Both the position numbers and the translations under genes were made by a program. DNA of 64,000 nt from Escherichia coli (GTDB lineage: Bacteria; Pseudomonadota; Gammaproteobacteria; Enterobacterales; Enterobacteriaceae): NCBI RefSeq assembly GCF_003334305.1, contig NZ_QOWS01000005.1; one strand, given 5' to 3'. The notes beneath the pieces were generated by a model. The model saw only the letters and a program-made list of their open reading frames with translations, was not told the DNA's origin and searched no databases. This document shows, piece by piece, positions 47,115 to 58,468 of this stretch; the first letter of the stretch is position 1; every line of letters begins with the position of its first letter.

Positions 47115-48284
47115 ATGAAAATTAACTATCCGTTGCTGGCGCTGGCGATTGGCGCGTTTGGTATCGGGACAACGGAGTTCTCGCCAATGGGCTTGTTGCC
47201 CGTCATTGCGCGCGGTGTGGATGTCTCGATTCCCGCTGCCGGAATGTTAATCAGTGCCTATGCAGTTGGCGTAATGGTGGGCGCGCCGCTGATGACGCTT
47301 CTACTTTCTCATCGTGCCCGCCGCAGTGCGTTGATTTTCCTGATGGCAATTTTCACGCTCGGCAACGTACTTTCCGCCATCGCGCCGGATTATATGACCC
47401 TGATGCTTTCACGCATTTTGACCAGCCTGAATCACGGAGCATTTTTTGGTTTGGGTTCAGTCGTGGCCGCAAGCGTGGTGCCAAAACATAAACAGGCCAG
47501 CGCAGTTGCCACTATGTTTATGGGGTTAACCCTGGCAAATATCGGTGGCGTGCCGGCGGCGACCTGGTTGGGTGAAACCATCGGCTGGCGGATGTCATTT
47601 CTGGCAACGGCGGGGCTGGGAGTGATTTCAATGGTAAGTCTGTTCTTCTCATTACCTAAAGGTGGTGCAGGGGCACGACCTGAAGTGAAAAAAGAGCTGG
47701 CGGTATTAATGCGTCCGCAGGTGCTGTCTGCATTGCTGACGACGGTACTGGGAGCTGGTGCAATGTTTACTCTCTACACCTATATCTCTCCGGTACTGCA
47801 AAGTATTACCCACGCAACACCGGTGTTCGTCACGGCAATGCTGGTGCTGATTGGTGTCGGATTCTCTATCGGTAACTATCTCGGCGGCAAACTGGCAGAT
47901 CGTTCAGTTAACGGCACGTTGAAAGGCTTTTTGTTGTTGTTGATGGTGATTATGCTGGCAATCCCGTTCCTGGCCCGCAATGAGTTCGGCGCAGCTATTA
48001 GCATGGTGGTGTGGGGCGCAGCAACCTTTGCGGTCGTACCGCCGTTACAGATGCGCGTGATGCGTGTCGCCAGTGAAGCGCCAGGTCTGTCTTCATCAGT
48101 CAATATTGGTGCCTTTAATCTTGGAAATGCGCTGGGAGCAGCTGCTGGTGGTGCGGTAATTTCCGCTGGGCTGGGATACAGCTTTGTGCCGGTGATGGGA
48201 GCGATTGTCGCGGGACTGGCATTATTGCTGGTGTTTATGTCAGCCAGAAAACAACCTGAAACAGTTTGCGTTGCTAACAGCTAA
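47115..48284 (+). CDS. ydhP: MFS transporter
   Basis: 389-aa 12-helix membrane ORF. Confidence 0.85.
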   Translation: MKINYPLLALAIGAFGIGTTEFSPMGLLPVIARGVDVSIPAAGMLISAYAVGVMVGAPLMTLLLSHRARRSALIFLMAIFTLGNVLSAIAPDYMTLMLSRILTSLNHGAFFGLGSVVAASVVPKHKQASAVATMFMGLTLANIGGVPAATWLGETIGWRMSFLATAGLGVISMVSLFFSLPKGGAGARPEVKKELAVLMRPQVLSALLTTVLGAGAMFTLYTYISPVLQSITHATPVFVTAMLVLIGVGFSIGNYLGGKLADRSVNGTLKGFLLLLMVIMLAIPFLARNEFGAAISMVVWGAATFAVVPPLQMRVMRVASEAPGLSSSVNIGAFNLGNALGAAAGGAVISAGLGYSFVPVMGAIVAGLALLLVFMSARKQPETVCVANS

Positions 48285-48285
48285 T

Positions 48286-48318
48286 TAAACAAAAACGCAG
48301 AAGGATAACCTTCTGCGT
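48286..48318 (-). terminator. sodB intrinsic terminator (shared boundary with ydhP)
   Basis: ACGCAGAAGG-ATAA-CCTTCTGCGT with a T-run on the minus-strand side. Confidence 0.7.
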
Positions 48319-48365
48319 TACAGTTGCTGACAACGTGCGATTTATCTTGCCGAATGCGCTGTTAA

Positions 48366-48406
48366 CGCCTCATCCGCGTTGGCATGGTAAGCGAAGCGCA
48401 TCAGGC
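48366..48406. repeat. REP-like palindromic element in the sodB 3' UTR
   Basis: Minus strand GCCTGATGCGCTTCGCTTACCATGCCAACGCGGATGAGGCG resembles the E. coli REP consensus GCCTGATGCG...CATCAGGC. Confidence 0.45.
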
Positions 48407-48429
48407 AATGCTGCATTTGCCATCAGTTA

Positions 48430-49011
48430 TTATGCAGCGAGATTTTTCGCTACGAATTCCCAGTTCACCAGCGCCCAGAAGTGCTCCAGATAGCCAGGAC
48501 GTGCATTGCGATAGTCGATGTAATAAGCGTGTTCCCAGACATCAACGGTCAGCAGCGGAGTCGCATCGGTGGTCAGCGGAGTACCCGCGTTAGAGGTTGA
48601 AACGATAGCCAGTTTGCCATCGCTGTTTTTCACCAGCCAGGTCCAGCCAGAACCAAAGTTTTTGATCGCTGCATCAGTAAACTGCGCTTTGAAATCGGCA
48701 AAGCTGCCAAAAGATGCGGCGATAGCTTCAGCGACTTTTCCAGTCGGTTCGCCACCGGCGTTCGGTGCCAGGCAGTTCCAGTAGAAAGTATGGTTCCAGA
48801 CCTGAGCTGCGTTGTTGAATACGCCACCTTCAGAGCTGCGAATAATCTCTTCCAGTGATTTACCTTCAAACGCGGTACCTTTAATCAGGTTGTTCAGGTT
48901 AGTGACATAAGTCTGATGATGCTTGCCGTAGTGATACTCGATAGTTTCCGCAGAAATGTGCGGTGCCAGAGCATCTTTAGCATATGGTAGTGCAGGTAAT
49001 TCGAATGACAT
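48430..49011 (-). CDS. sodB: Iron superoxide dismutase
   Basis: 193 aa starting [32 protein letters not shown]. Confidence 0.95.
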   Translation of the reverse strand: MSFELPALPYAKDALAPHISAETIEYHYGKHHQTYVTNLNNLIKGTAFEGKSLEEIIRSSEGGVFNNAAQVWNHTFYWNCLAPNAGGEPTGKVAEAIAASFGSFADFKAQFTDAAIKNFGSGWTWLVKNSDGKLAIVSTSNAGTPLTTDATPLLTVDVWEHAYYIDYRNARPGYLEHFWALVNWEFVAKNLAA

Positions 49012-49138
49012 TGCTACTCTCCTTTATTATTAATTTGCATACGTACAATAGCCTTATTGTGCGTATGGATAGGGTAGCAAATTAAAAGGTGAGACAAAAG
49101 ATGAACTTACCCTGTTGCCGTAACAACAGGGTAAAGTT

Positions 49139-49954
49139 TTAGCGAAGTGTTTTTGGGGTCATTACCCGACGAGCGCCAACATAGTGGCGCTGCCAGTAGT
49201 CTTCACTGAGAGAAGTGATTTGAATTTCCTGACCTGTGCGCGGTGACTGAATAAATTTGCCGTTGCCGACATACACGCCGACATGATCGGCTGTGCCGCG
49301 TCCCTGAGTACGGAAAAAGACCAGGTCGCCGTTTTTCAGTTCACTACGTTCGATTGGCGCTGCATCACGCAGGTGATACATTTCATTCGCCGTACGCGGA
49401 ATACGAATTTTCACCAAATCTTTATAAGCGTAATAAACCAGGCCGCTGCAATCAAAACCGGTACGCGGTGAGCTGCCACCCCAACGATATGGCTTACCAA
49501 TTTGCTGCATCAGTTTATTCATTGCCACTTTCGTAGCTTTTTGCACCTTCGCTTTGTGCGCGTCGGCAAGAGTTCCTGACGCGGCATTTTTGACTTTCAC
49601 ACAATGCGATTTATAGCCCTTACGTTTGGTACACTTTTCGGTAAAGCTGGCTGAGGCCGTTTTATTGACGGCGTGTTTGCTGCGAGTTTTGGCGTTTTTA
49701 GAAGCGGTAATGGAAGATTTTTTAACGGAAGAAGCGGTTTTGCTTTTGGTCGTACTTTTACTGGCGGCTTTTTTCGCTGTTTTCTGGGTCTTTTTGGTGG
49801 TTGCCGTGCTTTTCTTTTTATCTGCTTTTTTGGTGATATGAGTGGTAGCAGAACTCTCCCTGGCTTGCTTTGAAGCATGGGCCATAGGCGTTAAAGGCAG
49901 GGTGGTAAAAAGTAAAGCACAGAGCGTGATCGAAATACGGTTTATCCGCGCCAC
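49139..49954 (-). CDS. mepH: NlpC/P60-family peptidoglycan endopeptidase
   Basis: 271 aa: signal peptide, Lys/Thr/Ser-rich low-complexity linker, C-terminal NlpC/P60 domain with catalytic Cys (FDCSGLV). Confidence 0.85.
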   Translation of the reverse strand: MARINRISITLCALLFTTLPLTPMAHASKQARESSATTHITKKADKKKSTATTKKTQKTAKKAASKSTTKSKTASSVKKSSITASKNAKTRSKHAVNKTASASFTEKCTKRKGYKSHCVKVKNAASGTLADAHKAKVQKATKVAMNKLMQQIGKPYRWGGSSPRTGFDCSGLVYYAYKDLVKIRIPRTANEMYHLRDAAPIERSELKNGDLVFFRTQGRGTADHVGVYVGNGKFIQSPRTGQEIQITSLSEDYWQRHYVGARRVMTPKTLR

Positions 49955-50287
49955 TGAGCGTCCCTCTGTTAAGGCAGGTCTATCATGCCTGCGTCTGATT
50001 TACAAAACTTGATGATTCTAATGCATAGAAGAAGAGAAAGTTAATAGCTTTTATTGTTAAAAAATACGTTTCGTTGGCGAGCGCAAAAAAATGCAGCAGT
50101 GAAAGCTAAAAATGGTTATAAATACGCCAGTTTGCCGGCATCAGAGAAGAAACGAATATTTGAAATGCAACAAATAGAGCAAAGGGATAAAATAGCAAAA
50201 GCGTGATGAAAATGTTATTTTCCGATGCCGCACTGACCCGCTACAATGTCAGATTACTGCCGTAAAGAAGTTTGAGGAAGCAAGACA

Positions 50288-50635
50288 ATGAGCACCACTA
50301 TCGAAAAAATCCAACGCCAGATTGCTGAAAACCCGATCCTGCTGTACATGAAAGGTTCACCGAAACTGCCGAGCTGCGGTTTCTCTGCCCAGGCAGTCCA
50401 GGCGCTTGCCGCATGTGGCGAACGTTTTGCCTATGTTGATATTCTGCAGAATCCGGACATTCGTGCGGAACTGCCGAAATATGCTAACTGGCCGACCTTC
50501 CCGCAACTGTGGGTTGACGGCGAGCTGGTCGGCGGTTGTGATATCGTGATCGAAATGTATCAGCGTGGCGAACTGCAGCAGCTGATCAAAGAAACTGCCG
50601 CTAAATACAAGTCTGAAGAGCCGGACGCGGAATAA
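50288..50635 (+). CDS. grxD: Monothiol glutaredoxin
   Basis: 115 aa with CGFS active-site motif (PSCGFS). Confidence 0.9.
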   Translation: MSTTIEKIQRQIAENPILLYMKGSPKLPSCGFSAQAVQALAACGERFAYVDILQNPDIRAELPKYANWPTFPQLWVDGELVGGCDIVIEMYQRGELQQLIKETAAKYKSEEPDAE

Positions 50636-50650
50636 TCCGTCCTGCAATAC

Positions 50651-50690
50651 TGACGGATGCGAACGGGCATCCGTCAGTCCTTTCTCTATC
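50651..50690 (+). terminator. grxD intrinsic terminator
   Basis: TGACGGATGC-GAACGG-GCATCCGTCA followed by GTCCTTTCTCT; abuts the lhr stop codon. Confidence 0.7.
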
Positions 50691-53600
50691 CCCAATCCAG
50701 CCCTTGTGGCGAACTTGAAAATCCCGCCTCACGCAGCAGCGTAAACATCGGCGTTTGCCGGACCGGTAGAGCATTCACTTCTGTTAGCGTAAAGCGCAGC
50801 CGTGGTTCGCGACGCAGTGCGGTAGTCAGCGCGTGGAAAACCTCTGGGGCGAGTAATTCCTCTTTTTCCTGCCAGACCAGCATTTTTTTGCCACCTTGCG
50901 CCAGATAGAGTAACAATTTGCCGCCAGAAACGACCACCAGCGCACCCGCCCGACGCGTTGGAACCAGCGTTGCCGGATGTGCAGGCCAGGGCAGAAGATT
51001 TCCCCACACATTAGCCGGATCGTTGGCAGAGAGCGCCACTGGTGTATAGTGGCGCGTTTGCGTGGCTTGTGTCGCCAGATCGCGCAATCGGTCAATAGTC
51101 AGACGTTCAGCGAATTGCGCGCCACCCAGACCTTCTACAAAACGACCTCGCATAATTCGCCCGGAGTCTTCCATACTTCGACAAAGCGTTTGCATCGATG
51201 GAAACCCGCCAGGGATATTTTCGGCTATCACCGCCTGACGACTGATGATGCCGTAGCGGTCGAGCATATTTTCCGCCAGCGCCAGCATCCTTTCGGTATC
51301 GTTTAGTGGCTCCACCTGCAATAACGACCAGCGTCCAGCCAGATTTGGTGTGTTGTAAGATACCAGCGGCGAGACGGGTTGCGCATAGACAGGACGTCCA
51401 CGACGAGCCCGGTGACTGCGGCGAGTTGAGGTGCGTGCGTTGGAACTGCTGCGGGTGAGGGCGCGTAACGGTGCCCAAATGTCGCTGGTGATGACGCCTT
51501 GCCAGACCAGCGCCCATAACGCCTCTTGCAGGGCAGAGAGATCAACCGATTCGCCGATTTTGTCGCGTATCCGTTGGCTGATTTGTTGTGCAAACCAAGC
51601 TCCTCCGTCAGCCAGAACAGCGACTATCGCTTGTTGCAGCGCCGAACGATTCGCCTGATCCGCTTCGGCGGGAGTGAACGATTCTGCAGCATATTCCTGT
51701 AGATGCAGTGCCACCAGGCCGTCATCTTCACCCAGTTTTTTTTGCCCCGACCAGATAACCGCACCGGTTGCCAGTAATTCATCGAGCATTTCTGACGAAT
51801 AGTCGCGTACGCGGGCAGGCAGGATCTGGCTTTCCCAGAGTGAGGCGGGTAAACCGACTCCGGCAAGCTGTTCGATCACCCGCATCACGCCATCTACGCC
51901 CTCATAAACGCCTGGCGATGTTGAGGCAAAGAGCGCCGGGCTACCATCGGTGGCGGGTAATACGCCCTGACGTTCCAGCAGCAATCGCGCATAGGTCGTG
52001 GCTGCAACGGGACGCGTCGCTTCTCTGGCGGCTTGCAGCGAGCGCAAACGCAGACGACGAAATACTTCATCGCTCACCCAGATGTCTTGTTGCAGATTCA
52101 TCACCAGACCCTGTTCACGCAGTTGCTGAAGCTGCTCTTCGACAATGGCAATACCGAGACTAAACTCATGAGCCAGTTGTTCAGCCGTGACCAGAGCATG
52201 AGCCCGGAGATAGCGCAGAAAGAGATCGCGAAGCGGGTAACTGACTCTATGTAAATAAATCTCTGGCAATGACTCTGGTAGTCGTACGCCGAGGGCATCA
52301 CGCAGCCTGGCGGCATCATCCATACAGGCAAGACGCTCCTGTCCGCTAATCATCGCTGGGAAGATTCGTTTTACTGCAAGAAGATTTTCCAGATACGACG
52401 CAACCTCTTCACTGCTGCCTGTATGCCGTTGCGCCAGGTCTTCAACGGTCATTGGCCCCAGTTCGCGCAGCAGGTCGAACAATCCTTCTTCACCTTTCGC
52501 TCTTCTGCCAGGAGCCAGTCGTTGCAACTCTTCTTCCACCTGGCGAATGACCTGCGGGTCGAGTAATTCCCCCGGATCGACCTGTCCGAGTAGATTGCGC
52601 AGTAACTCGCTGTCCAGCGACAGTACGGATGCCCGGCGCTCTGCCAGCGGGGCGTCGCTCTGGTACATAAATTCCGCGACATAGCCGAACAATAAACTTG
52701 TGGCGAAAGGCGAGGGCGTAGTGGTCGTTACATCGGATATTTGAATTTCGCCACCGTTCAGGCGACGCATCAAACGTTCCAGTGCGGGAAGATCATAAAC
52801 ATCTTGCAGACATTCGCGTAGGGTTTCGAGAATGACCGGAAAATCCGGATATCCCTGAGCGATTTCCAGCAACTGACTGGCGCGCAGCCGTTGTTGCCAA
52901 AGCGGGGTGCGATGGCCCGGAGTGCGCCCCGGCATTAATAATGCCCGCGCGGCGCATTCGCGAAAACGGGCGGCGAAAAGTGCCGAGCTGCCTACCGCCT
53001 CGCGGACAATTTGCAGCAACTTTTCTGGTTCAAACAAAAAAATCGCGGCGTCGGGCAATTTACCATCAGTGTCAGGAATGCGCGCAACAATGCCGTCATC
53101 ACTGGCGACCACAGACGCGTCAGCGCCCCATAGGGCATGTATTCGCCCGGCAATCGCCAGCGCCCAGGGTTCATGCACCCGTCTTCCATAGGGAGAGTGC
53201 AAAATAATACGCCAGTCGCCAATTTCATCACGGCACCGTTCGAGGACCAGATGGCGACTCCCCGGAACGATGCCCGTCGCGTTGCGTTGCTCGTCAATCA
53301 ACCCCTGAATATTGGCGTTCGTATTTTCTTCTGCCAGCCACGGGGGAATAGTCCCGGAAAAGAACGCGCCATCCGCCAGTAAATGAAGAAAATCGCCGAT
53401 CATCTCGCCTAATTCAGCCGGACGTCCGTTACCTTCACCACGCCAGAAGGGGAGCCGGGCAGAACGACCCGGAGCAGGAGTCACAATCACCTGATCGCGG
53501 GTGATTTGCTGGATCCGCCATGAGGTAGCGCCGAGAGTGATAATGTCGTTCACCCGCGACTCATATACCATCTCCTCATCCAGTTCACCCACCCGCCGCG

Positions 53601-55302
53601 AACCGGCCTGTTCTTCACCTTCGGGTAATAACACGCTATACATGCCACGATCCGGAATGGTGCCGCCGCTGGTAACCGCCAACAATTGAGCGCCAGGTCG
53701 GGCGGTCAATATCCCGGTCTCCCTGTTCCAGACCAGTTTGGGGCGAAAAGCAGAAAAATCGCCAGAGGGATAGCGCCCGGAAAGCATATCCAGCGTGGCG
53801 TCAAAAACACGTCTTGGCAGATCTTTCCACGGTGCGGCACGGCGTACGCGGGAGTACCATTCGTCTACCTGTAATGCATCCATCGCCGCGGCGGCAACGG
53901 TTTGCTGCGCAAGGACGTCGAGTGGATTATGCGGCGGTGTCAGGTTTTCCAGCCTGCCTGCGAACATACACTCTACAATGACTGCGGAATCGACTAAGTC
54001 ACGCCGGGTACGAGGGAAAAACAGCCCTTTAGATACACCGCCAACCTGATGTCCGGCGCGACCAATGCGTTGTAACCCACTGGCAACAGAAAGCGGCGTT
54101 GCCACCTGAATCACCAGATCCACCGCGCCCATATCAATCCCCAGTTCGAGACTGGAGGTTGCGACCACGCAGCGTAATTCACCCGATTTCAGCGCCTGTT
54201 CGGTGATTGCTCGTTGTTCTTTAGAGACGGAGCCGTGGTGTGAGCGGGCAATAAAAACGTCGCTACTTTGTACATGGTTAGAGGTTGCGCCGGAGGTCGA
54301 CTCGAAATGGGCCGTATCAACGGCGATAGACGGGGAACGCTGTAAGCGTGCGGCGTAAAGCTCATTTAATCGTGCCGTCAGTTTTTCCGCCAGCCCACGT
54401 GAATTAGTAAAGACAATGGTCGAGCGATGGCGCAACACTTCATCAAGGATACCCGTTTCAATATATGGCCAGATGGAGCCTTCCCGGCCGGCATGGCTGT
54501 CTTCGCCGGTGCCGCTGGCGACCGATGAGACATCATCCATATTGGCGACCGGTACGACAATTCGTATCTGCGGATGGCGCATTGCGGGCGGGTTGACTAC
54601 CGTAACCGGGCGATCGCCACCAAGAAATGCTGCCACATCGCTGGCTGAGCGCACAGTGGCAGAAAGGCCAATTCGCTGTGCTGAGGTGTGGAGCAGCGCA
54701 TCGAGCCGCTCCAGACTTAACGCCAGATGCGCACCACGTTTACTGCCCGCTACCGCGTGGACTTCATCAATAATTACCGTTTCGACGCCGCGTAGCGTTT
54801 CGCGCGCGCGGGAGGTCAGCATCAGATAGAGTGATTCGGGTGTGGTGATCAGAATATCCGGCGGATTACGGGTGAGTTTGCTGCGTTCCTGTGCAGGCGT
54901 ATCGCCAGTACGGATCCCTACGCGAAGATTGACTTCCGTTTCGCCGCGCCGCCGCCGTTCATCGGCAATACCCTTCAACGGGAGCTGCAAGTTGCGCTGA
55001 ACGTCGGTGCCCAGAGCTTTTATCGGTGAAATATAGAGGATGCGTGAGGTTTTACGCTTATGCGCCTCGCGGGTATCTTCGCCGCCTTCGCGGAAGAGCC
55101 GATCGAGGGCGTAGAGAAATGCTGCCAGCGTTTTCCCGGAGCCGGTCGGTGCAATCACCAGCGCATGTTCGCTTCGCGCCGCCACATGCCAGGTTTGCGA
55201 CTGGACAGCGGTCGGCTGTTTAAAGGCGCGAAGAAACCAGTCGCGGGTCGCCGGTGAAAACACGTCCGGCAGGAGCGATGAAGGGTCTGGATTATCTGCC
55301 AT
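50686..55302 (-). CDS. lhr: Lhr-type large ATP-dependent helicase
   Basis: 1538 aa; Walker A PTGSGKT and DEVH box (IIDEVHAV); ends in TAG. Confidence 0.9.
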   Translation of the reverse strand: MADNPDPSSLLPDVFSPATRDWFLRAFKQPTAVQSQTWHVAARSEHALVIAPTGSGKTLAAFLYALDRLFREGGEDTREAHKRKTSRILYISPIKALGTDVQRNLQLPLKGIADERRRRGETEVNLRVGIRTGDTPAQERSKLTRNPPDILITTPESLYLMLTSRARETLRGVETVIIDEVHAVAGSKRGAHLALSLERLDALLHTSAQRIGLSATVRSASDVAAFLGGDRPVTVVNPPAMRHPQIRIVVPVANMDDVSSVASGTGEDSHAGREGSIWPYIETGILDEVLRHRSTIVFTNSRGLAEKLTARLNELYAARLQRSPSIAVDTAHFESTSGATSNHVQSSDVFIARSHHGSVSKEQRAITEQALKSGELRCVVATSSLELGIDMGAVDLVIQVATPLSVASGLQRIGRAGHQVGGVSKGLFFPRTRRDLVDSAVIVECMFAGRLENLTPPHNPLDVLAQQTVAAAAMDALQVDEWYSRVRRAAPWKDLPRRVFDATLDMLSGRYPSGDFSAFRPKLVWNRETGILTARPGAQLLAVTSGGTIPDRGMYSVLLPEGEEQAGSRRVGELDEEMVYESRVNDIITLGATSWRIQQITRDQVIVTPAPGRSARLPFWRGEGNGRPAELGEMIGDFLHLLADGAFFSGTIPPWLAEENTNANIQGLIDEQRNATGIVPGSRHLVLERCRDEIGDWRIILHSPYGRRVHEPWALAIAGRIHALWGADASVVASDDGIVARIPDTDGKLPDAAIFLFEPEKLLQIVREAVGSSALFAARFRECAARALLMPGRTPGHRTPLWQQRLRASQLLEIAQGYPDFPVILETLRECLQDVYDLPALERLMRRLNGGEIQISDVTTTTPSPFATSLLFGYVAEFMYQSDAPLAERRASVLSLDSELLRNLLGQVDPGELLDPQVIRQVEEELQRLAPGRRAKGEEGLFDLLRELGPMTVEDLAQRHTGSSEEVASYLENLLAVKRIFPAMISGQERLACMDDAARLRDALGVRLPESLPEIYLHRVSYPLRDLFLRYLRAHALVTAEQLAHEFSLGIAIVEEQLQQLREQGLVMNLQQDIWVSDEVFRRLRLRSLQAAREATRPVAATTYARLLLERQGVLPATDGSPALFASTSPGVYEGVDGVMRVIEQLAGVGLPASLWESQILPARVRDYSSEMLDELLATGAVIWSGQKKLGEDDGLVALHLQEYAAESFTPAEADQANRSALQQAIVAVLADGGAWFAQQISQRIRDKIGESVDLSALQEALWALVWQGVITSDIWAPLRALTRSSSNARTSTRRSHRARRGRPVYAQPVSPLVSYNTPNLAGRWSLLQVEPLNDTERMLALAENMLDRYGIISRQAVIAENIPGGFPSMQTLCRSMEDSGRIMRGRFVEGLGGAQFAERLTIDRLRDLATQATQTRHYTPVALSANDPANVWGNLLPWPAHPATLVPTRRAGALVVVSGGKLLLYLAQGGKKMLVWQEKEELLAPEVFHALTTALRREPRLRFTLTEVNALPVRQTPMFTLLREAGFSSSPQGLDWG

Positions 55303-55394
55303 TAACGCTATTCCCCGTGAATATCATGCTTGATGCGTGGAATAGCCTCACTATAGATGCCTGAATCATTGCATGTCATCAGGCATCGACTCGA

Positions 55395-56042
55395 TTACAC
55401 CTCTTCGGCGGCAGGTAGCGGCCAGCCTCCCAGACGTTTCCAGCGGTTGACGATTTCACAAAACAGCACAGCAGTGCGTTCGGTGTCGTACAGCGCGGAG
55501 TGCGCCTGGGTGCTGTCGAAGTCCATGCCAGCGGTCTGGCAAGCCTTTGACAATACGGTTTGTCCGAGTGCCAGCCCGGCCAGTGCAGCAGTGTCAAAAG
55601 TGGCGAAAGGGTGGAACGGGTTACGTTTCAGTGAGGCGCGTTCTGCGGCGGCCATCATAAAGCTGTGATCAAAATTGGCATTGTGCGCCACCATAATGGC
55701 GCGGTTACAGCCGCTCGCTTTAATACCTTTACGTACAACTTTAAAAATTTCGTGCAGCGCCTCGTATTCGCTGACCGCGCCGCGATCGGGATCGTTCGGG
55801 TCAATGCCGTTGAAGGCGAGGGCTTCTGGTTGCAAATTTGCGCCGACAAATGGTTCGACGTGGAAATGTAATGTGGTGTCCGGCATCAGCCAGCCTTGTT
55901 CATCCATTTTCAGGGTGATGGCGGCAATCTCAAGCAGCGCATCGGTTTTGGCGTTAAATCCGGCTGTTTCAACATCGATCACAACAGGATAAAAACCACG
56001 AAAACGGTCGCACAGACCGGTAAGTTGAGCGTTATCGGACAT
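55395..56042 (-). CDS. rnt: Ribonuclease T (DEDDh exonuclease)
   Basis: 215 aa starting [29 protein letters not shown]. Confidence 0.9.
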
Positions 56043-56144
56043 CTGATTCTCTTAATACGGATAAATTGCAGCGCGCATTATGACAAATATTACTTGTCGA
56101 TGCAGTAAAGATGCGGGCGCGATGAGTTCACGCCCGGCAGGAGA

Positions 56145-56552
56145 TTAGTTGCCCAGACCGCGACCGGCGTCTTTCTCTTCGATTAACTCAACTTTGTAAC
56201 CGTCCGGATCTTCCACAAACGCGATAACCGTAGTACCGCCTTTTACCGGACCCGCTTCACGGGTCACGTTACCCCCGTTTTGACGGATTTTTTCGCACGC
56301 TTCAGCGGCGTTATCTACGCTAAGCGCGATGTGACCATAAGCAGTGCCGAGTTCGTATTTATCCACGCCCCAGTTGTAGGTCAGTTCAATCACCGCTTCT
56401 TCGGTTTCCGGGCCGTAGCCAACAAACGCCAGTGAGTATTTGTATTCCGGGTTTTCGCTGGTACGCAGCAGTTTCATGCCCAGCACTTTGGTATAAAAAT
56501 CGATGGAGCGTTGCAAATCGCCAACGCGCAGCATGGTATGAAGAAGACGCAT
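56145..56552 (-). CDS. gloA: Glyoxalase I (lactoylglutathione lyase)
   Basis: 135 aa starting [20 protein letters not shown]. Confidence 0.9.
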   Translation of the reverse strand: MRLLHTMLRVGDLQRSIDFYTKVLGMKLLRTSENPEYKYSLAFVGYGPETEEAVIELTYNWGVDKYELGTAYGHIALSVDNAAEACEKIRQNGGNVTREAGPVKGGTTVIAFVEDPDGYKVELIEEKDAGRGLGN

Positions 56553-56632
56553 CTTTTTATCCTCAAAATGGCTAACAGATTCAAAATGTTGTTTTAGTAT
56601 AGCGGCGGCTTTACGCCGCTCGCAATGTTGGA

Positions 56633-57730
56633 TTACAACGTCGGGTAATCGGTATAGCCTTCCGCGCCGCCACCGTAGAAACTTTCGGCACGCTGTGGGT
56701 TAAGCTCAGCTTTGCGCTGCAAGCGGGCGACCAGATCCGGGTTCGCAATCCAGTCACGACCAAATGCCACCGCATCAATTAACCCTTTGCCGATCAGCGT
56801 TTCAGCTTTTTCTACTGTGTATGCACCTGCGCCGATAATCGGACCGTGGAAACGGGCGCGTACTTTTTCGCGGAACGCATCAGTATACGGTTCACCCCCC
56901 GCCCAATCTGGTTCTGACATATGCAGATAAGCAATGCCGCGTTTACCCAGTTGTTCAATCAGATACAGTGCATCGGCTTCTTCATTCGGGCCGTTATCCG
57001 TGTTCTGGAAAGTACCGATTGGCGAAATGCGAATGCCAATGCGATCGGCACCCCATTCTTCAATCCCGGCATCGACCACTTCCAGTACTAGACGTGCGCG
57101 ATTTTCCACGCTGCCGCCGTACTGATCGGTACGATGGTTTGAAGAAGGAGAAAGGAACTGATGCAGCAAATAACCGTGAGCAGAGTGGAGCTCTACCAGA
57201 TCAAAACCGGCTTCACGCGCGTTAGCAATGGCCTGACGGAAATCATTGACGATACCTGGAATCTCTTCCAGTTCAAGCGCACGCGGCATGGATGTTTCAA
57301 CACGGATCGCCTGACCATTTTCATCGCGCAGAGAAGTACGTGTTCCCGCGCTAAGTGCTGAAGGCGCTACCGGTGCCTGACCGCCAGGTTGCAGGCTGGC
57401 GTGAGAAATGCGTCCGGTGTGCCACAGCTGCACGGCCATATGACCATTTTCAGCATGAACGCCAGCGGTGATTTTTTTCCATGCGGCAATTTGCTCCGGA
57501 CTATGGATGCCAGGCGCACCTGCATATCCTTTTGCCTGGGCAGAAATTTGCGTGGCTTCACTAATAATCAAACCGGCACTGGCACGTTGGCGATAGTATT
57601 CCGCCATCAACGGGGTAGGAATGTCACCCGGTTCAATACTGCGCAGACGCGTCAGCGGTGCCATAAAAATACGGTTTGCCGCCGTGATCGCGCCCACTTT
57701 CAGTGGGGAATACAGTTTTTCAGATGACAT
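56633..57730 (-). CDS. nemA: N-ethylmaleimide reductase (Old Yellow Enzyme family)
   Basis: 365-aa OYE-family flavin oxidoreductase. Confidence 0.9.
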   Translation of the reverse strand: MSSEKLYSPLKVGAITAANRIFMAPLTRLRSIEPGDIPTPLMAEYYRQRASAGLIISEATQISAQAKGYAGAPGIHSPEQIAAWKKITAGVHAENGHMAVQLWHTGRISHASLQPGGQAPVAPSALSAGTRTSLRDENGQAIRVETSMPRALELEEIPGIVNDFRQAIANAREAGFDLVELHSAHGYLLHQFLSPSSNHRTDQYGGSVENRARLVLEVVDAGIEEWGADRIGIRISPIGTFQNTDNGPNEEADALYLIEQLGKRGIAYLHMSEPDWAGGEPYTDAFREKVRARFHGPIIGAGAYTVEKAETLIGKGLIDAVAFGRDWIANPDLVARLQRKAELNPQRAESFYGGGAEGYTDYPTL

Positions 57731-57766
57731 AAAGGCTCCCGGTCGTCTGGTGATAAAAAATGCCTG

Positions 57767-58366
57767 CTAAACGGCAGGCGTCGCAATAATGTTTTTTACA
57801 TGGGCCAGCGCGTTTTCCAGTGGCTCGAAACTGCGCGAAATTTTGGCCTGCAGATTCGCACCCAGCCATAGTGCGTAAAGCACTTGTGCCTGTTGTAGCG
57901 GTTCGCCACAAAAGGTTAAACAATGGTTCTCACGGCCATTTTCCAGCGCCTGAGAGAGCAGGTCGATCACGCCGCGAGCACCTTTATCCATCGCGCTGCG
58001 CATATCTTCTGACAGATCGCACACTTCGGCAGAGAGTTTTACTGTCAGGCAACCACTGATGGTTCCATGTTGGCAAAACTGGTTCAGTGTTTGCTGGTAA
58101 TAAGCCAGTATGCGGTCGCGGTAGTTACCTTCGCCGGATTGCAGCAACTCAGTCAGTCGCTGGTGATATGCGGCGTAATGACGCTCAAGCATGGCAACGC
58201 CAAACGCTTCTTTAGAGCGAAAGTAGTGATAGAAGGACCCTTTCGGCACTTCAGCGGTTTTTAGTAATTCGCTTAGCCCCATCCCGGTGAATCCACGTTG
58301 CAGGCAAAGTTGCTCGCCCGTCGCCAGGAGATGTTCGCGAGTATCATGTTCGGTGTGTTTGTTCAT
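57767..58366 (-). CDS. nemR: TetR-family repressor NemR
   Basis: 199 aa with N-terminal TetR HTH; upstream of nemA and gloA. Confidence 0.9.
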   Translation of the reverse strand: MNKHTEHDTREHLLATGEQLCLQRGFTGMGLSELLKTAEVPKGSFYHYFRSKEAFGVAMLERHYAAYHQRLTELLQSGEGNYRDRILAYYQQTLNQFCQHGTISGCLTVKLSAEVCDLSEDMRSAMDKGARGVIDLLSQALENGRENHCLTFCGEPLQQAQVLYALWLGANLQAKISRSFEPLENALAHVKNIIATPAV

Positions 58367-58380
58367 GCGTTGGAGTGTAG

Positions 58381-58396
58381 TAGACCAGTCGGTCTA
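58381..58396. promoter_or_regulatory. NemR operator (NemR box)
   Basis: Perfect 16-bp palindrome TAGACCAGTCGGTCTA, 15 bp upstream of the nemR start codon. Confidence 0.75.
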
Positions 58397-58468
58397 GTGC
58401 AAGCAAAGTTGCTACTTTGGACATTAACAGCTTCAATAATGGTAATAATCTTATCTGAGGAGGGCGAA

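Noticed and set aside
49626-49873. Overlapping plus-strand ORFs (71 and 66 aa) inside mepH
   Set aside because: They arise from the repetitive Lys/Thr-rich codon tract of mepH read on the other strand; no start context, highly repetitive.
52033-53382. Several 60-130 aa ORFs on the plus strand inside lhr (and likewise inside ydiS, ydiF, ydiJ, purR, ydhQ and mdtK)
   Set aside because: All are fully nested antisense or out-of-frame within long, confidently identified genes, with no start signals.
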